From an uncultured Ruminococcus sp. (GTDB lineage: Bacteria; Bacillota; Clostridia; Oscillospirales; Acutalibacteraceae), in NCBI GenBank assembly GCA_964543305.1, contig CAZIXG010000001.1:1-30339 (forward strand): 30,339 nucleotides of DNA. The letters are read 5' to 3'. This document shows, piece after piece, positions 23,346-30,339 of this stretch (its first letter is position 1; every line of letters begins with the position of its first letter). Both the position numbers and the translations under genes were made by a program. The notes below the pieces were generated by a model. The model was not told the origin of the DNA and did not search any database. It worked only from the letters and a program-made list of their open reading frames with translations.

Positions 23346-25745
23346 ATGGCAGTAAAAAATGGTGACGGTAGCATAATCTTAAAAACCAAAGTCGACCAAA
23401 GCGGATTGACCAAAGGCATGGTATCAATGAAAAAAATTGTTACCAAAGCCAGTAAATCAATGACAGTTATTGCCGCTGCGGCCGCTACCGCTACTGTGGC
23501 AATCACAAAACAAGCTGTATCAGCTTATGCGGATTATGAGCAGCTTGTAGGCGGCGTAGAAACACTATTTAAAAGCAGTGCAGATAAAGTAAAAGCCTAT
23601 GCAAATCAAGCATTTATGACAACGGGGTTGTCAGCCAATGAATATATGCAAAATGTAACAACTTTTTCTGCAAGCTTGATTAGTAGTCTTGGTGGCGACA
23701 CCGACAAGGCCGCTGATGTGGCAAATGAAGCCTTAATAAGCATCAGTGATAACGTAAACAAGATGGGCAGCGACTACGAAAGCGTTCAATCGGCATTCCA
23801 AGGTTTTGCAAAAGGTCAATACCAACTTCTTGATAATCTAAAATTGGGCTACGGAGGCACTAAGACTGAAATGCAACGTTTGCTTAAAGATGCAGAAGCA
23901 TATAAAGCATCTTTAGGCGAAACTGTGAAATATGACATTAACAATCTTGCTGATGTTTACACTGCAATCGGTGATATTCAAAAGAAACTTGATATTGCAG
24001 GCACGACAGCAAAAGAAGCAGCAACCACAATAAGCGGTTCGGCTACCATGGTAAAGGCGGCCTGGCAAAATGTACTTGTAGCTGTATCAGGTGGCGGCAG
24101 TTTAGATGTGGCTATTGAAAATCTTGTTTATTCAGTAGAAAAATACTTTGATAATATAGTCCCAGTTGTTGAACGTTCGTTACAAGGAATCGGCGACCTA
24201 ATCGCAGGTGTAGCGCCAAAACTTGTTGAGACCGTCGGGCGTGCGCTCATTAAAGCAATACCCCAGCTTTTAATTGCCGTATATGAAATGATTATAGGCC
24301 TTGCAAAAGGTATTGCCGACGGAATTAAGGCGTTATTTAATGGCACTGCTAAAAAAGCAATAGAGCCTCAAATTAAGGCCATTGATTCGGCGACCCAAAG
24401 TCAAAATTCATTGACCGAGGCAGTCGAAGAAACTGCAGATGCGCAAAAGAAATCTTTAGCCGGTTTTGATACCTTGCAAACAATGGCGTCAAATAGCGCT
24501 GATACCGCAAGCGATGAAGCGGTAGCAATGCCACAAACAGCAGGTGCAAGCGGTGGTGTTTCAGCCGAATATGACAACGGAATTGTTGACCAAATAAGCG
24601 CCGATTTAGCCAAAATAATGGAAGTTGTAGGCGTGAGCATGGTGGCCATAGGCTTGATATTACTCTTCACGGGACAAATTCCGTGGGGTATTGGCTTTAT
24701 CATTGCCGGCGCTTTATTGGTCGGTGTTGCTGTGGCTTCCGTTGCAGGCACGGATATGGTGTCCGATGTAATTGGAGTGCTTACTACTATTATGGGTGTT
24801 GTAGGCGGCGCGTTGGTTGCTATAGGTATTATTCTAATAACGCTTGGCAGTACAGCAATCGGTGTTTCATTGATTGTTGCAGGTGCTGTTGCTTTAATAG
24901 GTTCGGTTGCCGCTTTAATTGGTTTTGATGTTGCAACCGTGCAAAATGTGCTTACTACTATTATGGGTATTGCAAGTGGTGCTTTATTGGCAATTGGTAT
25001 AATGCTTTGCATATTTGCAGGTCCCACCCCCCTTTCAATAGGGTTAATTGCTGTGGGCGCTCTATCGCTTGCCGCAACTATAGCATTAAACAGCGGCGCG
25101 GTTGTTGAGGCTATACGTGGTCCTATTGGTGTAATTATGGGTATTGTAGGTTCTATGTTGCTTGTCATTGGTATCATATTATGTTGCACAGGTGTTGCTT
25201 TACCTCTTGGTATAAGCTTGATAGCAGCCGGTGCATTGTCATTAGGCACAACGGTGGCACTTAATTGGAATACTATTGTTGATAAAGTAAAATCTATCGG
25301 CAAGGCAATTGGTAATGTATTTGTCAGCGTATGGGACGGAATAAAAAAAGGCTTTAAAGCAATGGTTAACGGAATAATTTCGTATGCAAACTTGTGGATT
25401 GATGGATTGAATTTAATGCTTATTCCGGTTCGAGGACTTATTGTTGGTATTGCACAGGCGTTTGGCAGCAAAATCACATTAAAGGATGTTAAAATACCCC
25501 ACATTCCCAAGCTTGCACAAGGCGCCGTAATTCCGCCTAATCGCGAATTCCTTGCTATTCTTGGTGACCAAAAGAGCGGTACAAACATCGAAGCTCCGCT
25601 TGATACCATTGTCGAAGCGTTTAAGGCAGCGCAGCAGGGACAGACGGTGAATATCAACTTCACAGGCAGTCTTGCTCAGTTAGCGCGAGTTTTAGCACCC
25701 GAAATAACCACCGAAAACCGCCGTGCAAGCGTTTTCGCAAAGTAG
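23346..25745 (+). CDS. Tape measure protein
   Basis: ADYEQLVGGVETLF, LDNLKLGYGGTKTEMQRL, hydrophobic repeats, IPKLAQGAVIP; ATG 23346 after SD AAGGAG. Confidence 0.9.
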   Translation: MAVKNGDGSIILKTKVDQSGLTKGMVSMKKIVTKASKSMTVIAAAAATATVAITKQAVSAYADYEQLVGGVETLFKSSADKVKAYANQAFMTTGLSANEYMQNVTTFSASLISSLGGDTDKAADVANEALISISDNVNKMGSDYESVQSAFQGFAKGQYQLLDNLKLGYGGTKTEMQRLLKDAEAYKASLGETVKYDINNLADVYTAIGDIQKKLDIAGTTAKEAATTISGSATMVKAAWQNVLVAVSGGGSLDVAIENLVYSVEKYFDNIVPVVERSLQGIGDLIAGVAPKLVETVGRALIKAIPQLLIAVYEMIIGLAKGIADGIKALFNGTAKKAIEPQIKAIDSATQSQNSLTEAVEETADAQKKSLAGFDTLQTMASNSADTASDEAVAMPQTAGASGGVSAEYDNGIVDQISADLAKIMEVVGVSMVAIGLILLFTGQIPWGIGFIIAGALLVGVAVASVAGTDMVSDVIGVLTTIMGVVGGALVAIGIILITLGSTAIGVSLIVAGAVALIGSVAALIGFDVATVQNVLTTIMGIASGALLAIGIMLCIFAGPTPLSIGLIAVGALSLAATIALNSGAVVEAIRGPIGVIMGIVGSMLLVIGIILCCTGVALPLGISLIAAGALSLGTTVALNWNTIVDKVKSIGKAIGNVFVSVWDGIKKGFKAMVNGIISYANLWIDGLNLMLIPVRGLIVGIAQAFGSKITLKDVKIPHIPKLAQGAVIPPNREFLAILGDQKSGTNIEAPLDTIVEAFKAAQQGQTVNINFTGSLAQLARVLAPEITTENRRASVFAK

Positions 25746-25755
25746 AGAGGCAAAT

Positions 25756-26172
25756 ATGATTAAGATAGACAATATCGAATACAAAGCGAATTGGGCTGAT
25801 GATTTCAAGCGTAAGTTTGAGATTATAAACGGCGACAGTTCGGGAAGACTGCAAGGCAATAAAGATATGTACCTTGAATACATAGGCACCTTCTTTAACT
25901 TTGAGGGGACAATAATTCAGGGCAGAGATTGTACAAATGCGGAATGGGATGAGCTTTTAATGGTGCTCGCTAATCCAATAAACGACCACACCGTAACCGT
26001 CCCCTTTAATCAGTCAACTATGACTTGGCAATTCTACATATCTTCAGGTGAGCAGGGATTAAAGAAAGTAACGGATGACGGCAACCGTTGGGCACGCACG
26101 ATACAGGTAACACTGACATCTATGTATGCTCAATGGCTCGCCGGAAGCGATATACAAGGGGTTGATAGTTAA
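25756..26172 (+). CDS. Distal tail (Dit-like) protein
   Basis: About 138 aa directly after the tape measure gene; SSGRLQGN...IGTF. Confidence 0.65.
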   Translation: MIKIDNIEYKANWADDFKRKFEIINGDSSGRLQGNKDMYLEYIGTFFNFEGTIIQGRDCTNAEWDELLMVLANPINDHTVTVPFNQSTMTWQFYISSGEQGLKKVTDDGNRWARTIQVTLTSMYAQWLAGSDIQGVDS

Positions 26173-27794
26173 TGCTTGAAGTAAGAACTTATCACAAAGA
26201 GAGCGAGCAAAACTCAGGTCATTTAAATGTTAAAGATGTTTTCGGTGCTGATTTCTCAACAGTATTTAACAATACCGAGCCTTGTAACTACTTAACTTTT
26301 GACGGTAAGGGTATAAACCTTATAGATGAAGGCCTTAAGTTTTATGATTATTTCGATTATACAGGATTTACTGTCCCCTATTTATCCGATAACGAAGGGG
26401 AAATTAGCCAAGGTGCAGACATCTTGACAGTTGGTGTAAGCGGCGCACTAAATTGTTATCCTGAACGCATTACCATACAATTCAAGGATGCTTGTTGCAG
26501 AGAAATAACCATATCTTATTTAGATGCAGAATATACCGTCATAAAAAAAGAATTCATCAATGTTACAGGGAAATTTGCAACCATAACTCCTTTAAGAGAT
26601 TATTACACTGTTCGTATAGGATTTACTAAAAGCACATTGCCTTACCAATATGTAAGAATTGAAAGCATAATATATGGCACTATTAATGTTTTTAACAAGT
26701 TCAAGAGCCATAATCTTCTTGAAGAAATAAATGTATTGTCTGATGATTTACCTATAAATCAGTTTGAAGCTTCATTCGTTAATCCTGATGGTTTACCTCT
26801 GACGAAAAAAGATGCACTGGCTGTGTTTAGCAACAACAAATATTATGGCAGTTTTTATATCACTAATGTACAAAGAAGCGCAAAGTTTTTGTATGATGTT
26901 ACGGCGCAGAACGCTTTAAGCATTTTGGATAACACACCGTATATGGGGTGGGATAGAGGTGCTGAAGCTGTTGCTATTGTTGAAAATCTCACAAAATACA
27001 CTGGGGTAAATATAAACTCCGATGGCATTTATACCAGCTCAATTATTGACGGTGATTTCAAAGAACCTACTTGTAGAGAAATTTTGACGGGTTTGGGTTT
27101 TGCACATGGTCGGATGATAGACAGTAGTAGAAGTGACAGTATTTCTACCAAATACATTCCAAATCAGATATCAAGCATTATATTGACAAGCGACAGACGA
27201 ATTATAGGCGATGCTATTTTTGAGTGCAAAGATGAAATATCTTCAGCGACAATAGAGTATACTTGCATGAACATTAAAGACGAAACGAAATCAATAACTA
27301 TAAATGTTACTAAAGGGTATGAAAATCTCTATAAATTCGATAAACCTGTTTTTTTGTATTCGGATAGTATTAGTAATTCAACCATTACTTATAACGATAT
27401 GTATTCGGTTAAGTTCATCCCTGAAGCACATTCAGTAACAATAACTTACCAAGAATGTGATTATTCAATAACCAATGAAACGGTGCACAACGAAAATTCA
27501 AGTGTGCCAAATGTTAAAAATTTCAATCAACTTAAAGTGATGGGACAAGCTCTCGATAGCAGTGGAGATTATTGGGATTATTATCTCATCAGTCGTGCTG
27601 CCGATGTAGAAAAATTCATCAAATCTCGTGGTATCGTTAAAGCAAAAATTCGCCTTCGCAACGAGCGTGTCGGCGACCTCATTCAAATCGAAACCGCTTG
27701 GGATGGAATTATAACAGGCATTATAACCAAAATGAATATAACCTTTGGTTATGAGGATATAGCAGAAATCGAGGTGTTAGAATGGCCTTTATAG
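26172..27794 (+). CDS. Baseplate hub / Tal-like tail protein
   Basis: 540 aa, beta-rich; C-terminal VGDLIQIET...GIITKM motif; synteny. Confidence 0.65.
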   Translation: MLEVRTYHKESEQNSGHLNVKDVFGADFSTVFNNTEPCNYLTFDGKGINLIDEGLKFYDYFDYTGFTVPYLSDNEGEISQGADILTVGVSGALNCYPERITIQFKDACCREITISYLDAEYTVIKKEFINVTGKFATITPLRDYYTVRIGFTKSTLPYQYVRIESIIYGTINVFNKFKSHNLLEEINVLSDDLPINQFEASFVNPDGLPLTKKDALAVFSNNKYYGSFYITNVQRSAKFLYDVTAQNALSILDNTPYMGWDRGAEAVAIVENLTKYTGVNINSDGIYTSSIIDGDFKEPTCREILTGLGFAHGRMIDSSRSDSISTKYIPNQISSIILTSDRRIIGDAIFECKDEISSATIEYTCMNIKDETKSITINVTKGYENLYKFDKPVFLYSDSISNSTITYNDMYSVKFIPEAHSVTITYQECDYSITNETVHNENSSVPNVKNFNQLKVMGQALDSSGDYWDYYLISRAADVEKFIKSRGIVKAKIRLRNERVGDLIQIETAWDGIITGIITKMNITFGYEDIAEIEVLEWPL

Positions 27795-28213
27795 ATATTA
27801 AAAAAGATATTTATTTATCAGTGCCTCAAATGAATGCAATTTATAACAATTTTGTGTATTTGAAGGAAACATTGGAAAGCGCAGGCTTTACGGTTGGTGA
27901 ACTTTCAAACAACGAAGTTGACTACAAAATAGGACCTATGGATATTCTGCAAAAGTTTCAAGCTGTAGAAAACAATATCCAACTCATACATAGTGTGCTA
28001 TTTGACATTTACGGCACAAATGAAAAGCACTACAAAGAATTTACTTGGCAGCCTACCACAGGCAACCGAAAGGCTGAAGTGTGGCGATGGATAGACTGGT
28101 TATATGAGGCTAAATCTTTAGCTTCAAAATATGCAGTTTTATTCGACATTAATGGTGAAGAAATTACAGATGTTAACGATGAAAGAATTTTAGTTTTACA
28201 GGAGGTTAAATAA
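27782..28213 (+). CDS. Minor tail / baseplate protein
   Basis: Coupled to both neighbours; MNAIYNN and QAVENNIQ repeats. Confidence 0.55.
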   Translation: MAFIDIKKDIYLSVPQMNAIYNNFVYLKETLESAGFTVGELSNNEVDYKIGPMDILQKFQAVENNIQLIHSVLFDIYGTNEKHYKEFTWQPTTGNRKAEVWRWIDWLYEAKSLASKYAVLFDINGEEITDVNDERILVLQEVK

Positions 28214-29598
28214 TGACAAAGTTTAACGGAACTGCCGACCAAATAGAGAGCACAGAGAATAAGGTAAATGAGATAGAGGTTAGCGAAGCTGGGGAAAAAC
28301 AATATCCCACAGTAAACGCTGTAGCAAGCTATGTTGGTGGTTATGCCGTGCCTATCAAATATAATGGCGAACCTGTTGAAATGATATATGCTCAAAAAGG
28401 CTATGGTGCTGAAGATGTTGTCACAATTATGACGGATTTGAGCAGGGATAATGATTCAGTTGAAATGAGTCCTTCTGATAACGCTAAGTGTATCCCCATA
28501 AGAAATTCAAGAGGTAACTTATATTCAGGCACACCAACCGAGCCAATGGAGGCGGCTAACAAAAAGTATGTTGATGATTCTATAACAAATATAGATGTTA
28601 GCAATAAACTTGACAAAATGACCGACGAGGCATCAAATATTGCGTCGGGCAAAATGTATCCTAAATTTTATGCCGTAGATAAGGTCGATGAAGTAGTTCA
28701 AGATACCCTTTTGAAAGGCTCGTTTGATGCGGATGGAAACACAATAGCCATTAGAAACAGTAATGGTCAACTGTTAGGTCATAATTTTGAGTTTGATGAT
28801 GACGGAAATAGAATTGCAGAGCATAAAGGTGTTTTGGTGAATAAGCCTTTCCTTGAAAGTAGATTAGCAAAAGAAAAGGAAAATATTGATAAATCATTAA
28901 AAAACTATGTTCCTATTCAAGAAAATTGGGCACCTGTGCCTGTTATATATGCTCAAAATAGTGGTGAAGCAGATAATTTTACTACTATTATGACAGATTT
29001 ATTTAGAACCAATACTGATATAGAAAATTATCCGTCTGATAATGCCAATTATATTCCTATAAGAAACGCAAGCGGTAATTTATATACCGGCACGCCTACC
29101 GAGACTATGGAAGCAGCTAATAAAAAGTATGTGGATGAATTACTTGAAGAAACTATCCCAACCGAAAGCGAAATATTAGCTTTGGCGGGAAACTTTTTCA
29201 GCAGTAATTTCATTCCAAGAAAATTAACACACGCTTGGATAGCCGCCAATGGAACGGTTCCAATAACTCGTTCAACTATGTATTTCTGCTGCTGTAGTGG
29301 TTCTGGTGATGTTCAGGTTGTTGATGAAAGCGGTACAGCAGTAACAGACGGTGAGGGTGATAGCATTAGTGCTGCTAAGGTATTCATATTGCTGGTGCCT
29401 GAAAACACAACCTCATATAACAGTGTAAAGGGTTATATGTGCTTTTATGTAGGTTTAAAAGAGGGCGGTTCTATACTATCCTCAATAGACGGTGGAGCAG
29501 GCAATATATTCGTACCCACAGCAGATATGGAAGCAGGCAACCGCTTCATTAAAACCGCAGGCGGTATGAATGTTTGGACTATGCCGTTTGATTTGTAG
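28213..29598 (+). CDS. Tail fibre / receptor-binding protein with an internal duplication
   Basis: Two ~78-aa repeats ending EAANKKYVD plus a degenerate middle copy; last tail gene before lysis. Confidence 0.65.
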   Translation: MTKFNGTADQIESTENKVNEIEVSEAGEKQYPTVNAVASYVGGYAVPIKYNGEPVEMIYAQKGYGAEDVVTIMTDLSRDNDSVEMSPSDNAKCIPIRNSRGNLYSGTPTEPMEAANKKYVDDSITNIDVSNKLDKMTDEASNIASGKMYPKFYAVDKVDEVVQDTLLKGSFDADGNTIAIRNSNGQLLGHNFEFDDDGNRIAEHKGVLVNKPFLESRLAKEKENIDKSLKNYVPIQENWAPVPVIYAQNSGEADNFTTIMTDLFRTNTDIENYPSDNANYIPIRNASGNLYTGTPTETMEAANKKYVDELLEETIPTESEILALAGNFFSSNFIPRKLTHAWIAANGTVPITRSTMYFCCCSGSGDVQVVDESGTAVTDGEGDSISAAKVFILLVPENTTSYNSVKGYMCFYVGLKEGGSILSSIDGGAGNIFVPTADMEAGNRFIKTAGGMNVWTMPFDL

Positions 29599-29610
29599 GG
29601 GGTAAGTGCT

Positions 29611-29859
29611 ATGAGTGAAACGATAATTGTAAGCCTCATCTCTTTAATAGGTACTCTTGGTGGTACATTCGGAGGCATCTTAGTATCAAACAAGCTCACA
29701 AACTACCGCATCGAGCAGCTTGAGCAAAAAGTCGAAAAACACAATAAGGTTGTGGAAAGGGTATATGAGCTTGAAAAGCACGAGGCGGTAATAGATGAGG
29801 AAATTGAGGTTGCTAATCATAGGATAAGCGACCTTGAAGGATTTCATAAACCAAATTAA
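29611..29859 (+). CDS. Holin-like membrane protein
   Basis: N-terminal TM, then YRIEQLEQKVEKHN...VANHRISDLE coiled coil; lysis-module position. Confidence 0.7.
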   Translation: MSETIIVSLISLIGTLGGTFGGILVSNKLTNYRIEQLEQKVEKHNKVVERVYELEKHEAVIDEEIEVANHRISDLEGFHKPN

Positions 29860-29878
29860 AAAAATGGAGGTAAAAATT

Positions 29879-30082
29879 ATGAAGACAAAGGTAATCAAAT
29901 GGCTAAAGGCCGCAGGTGTGAGAGCACTTAAGACGGTAGCTCAGACCGCAGTTGCAACTATCGGCACATCGGCCGCCATGGGCGAGGTCAACTGGGTAAT
30001 GGTTGGCTCTGCATCGGCGCTTGCGGGCGTTGTATCGATGCTCACATCAGTTGCGGGCTTGCCCGAATTAAAGGAGGAATAA
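29879..30082 (+). CDS. Holin (r1t family)
   Basis: WLKAAGVRALKTVAQTA...VNW...SMLTSVAGLPE; SD GGAGGT. Confidence 0.9.
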   Translation: MKTKVIKWLKAAGVRALKTVAQTAVATIGTSAAMGEVNWVMVGSASALAGVVSMLTSVAGLPELKEE

Positions 30083-30085
30083 TTT

Positions 30086-30339
30086 ATGTCAATTAAAATA
30101 GCATTAGACTGCGGCCACGGTCTTAATACCGCAGGCAAGCAGACACCCGACGGAATTAAGGAATGGACCTTAAACGATAAGGTGCGCGATAAGGTTGTAA
30201 CACAGCTTGCAGGCTATGACTGTGAGATTATACATACCGATAATAACGAAGGCGCAACCGATGAGAGCCTTGCAAGCCGTGTTAATAAATACATTAATGC
30301 AGGCGCAGCAGCTTTTGTATCCATACACCACAATGCATT
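30086..30339 (+). CDS. Endolysin, N-acetylmuramoyl-L-alanine amidase (Amidase_3), truncated by the window edge
   Basis: Manual translation IALDCGHG...IKEW...LASR...FVSIHHNA; SD AAGGAGG. Confidence 0.9.
   Translation, partial: MSIKIALDCGHGLNTAGKQTPDGIKEWTLNDKVRDKVVTQLAGYDCEIIHTDNNEGATDESLASRVNKYINAGAAAFVSIHHNA

Noticed and set aside
24401..25663. 420-aa minus-strand ORF
   Set aside because: Antisense shadow of the Ala/Gly/Ile/Val-rich tape measure codons; no SD or promoter.
28381..29140. Diversity-generating retroelement TR/VR pair
   Set aside because: Differences are largely synonymous and not adenine-specific, both copies are in one reading frame, and no reverse transcriptase is in the window.

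Overview
This window covers most of a temperate siphovirus or prophage genome. Strong SD sequences and sigmaA-type promoters point to a low-GC Firmicutes host, probably Clostridia (inference). Left to right: a LexA-like CI repressor (minus strand, cut by the window edge) and its divergent promoter/operator switch; an early region with Cro, two more HTH genes and two antisense self-promotered cassettes; a DUF6948-like/Gly-Tyr-repeat gene pair; recombination and replication genes (Sak4-like AAA ATPase, SSB-like protein, ERCC4 nuclease, initiator with iterons, DnaB helicase); a nin-like block of small Cys-rich genes joined by shared boundary repeats; packaging and head genes (TerS, PBSX-type TerL, portal, MuF minor capsid, scaffold, major capsid); neck, tail, tape measure, baseplate and fibre; two holin-like genes; and an Amidase_3 endolysin cut by the right edge. 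No integrase, tRNA, CRISPR array or reverse transcriptase is visible. Most notable: (1) a MuF protein with a C-terminal HExxH metallopeptidase domain, a coupled candidate immunity gene and a promoter embedded in the linker; (2) a DUF3892-like antisense cassette whose predicted transcript 5' end is exactly complementary over 16 nt to its own 3' trailer, with a candidate SOS-controlled second promoter; (3) a candidate RNA-binding module (antisense sRNA, Sm-like protein, GYG-repeat protein); (4) non-AUG starts on the portal and a Com-like gene. Family assignments come from motif recognition and synteny, not database searches.
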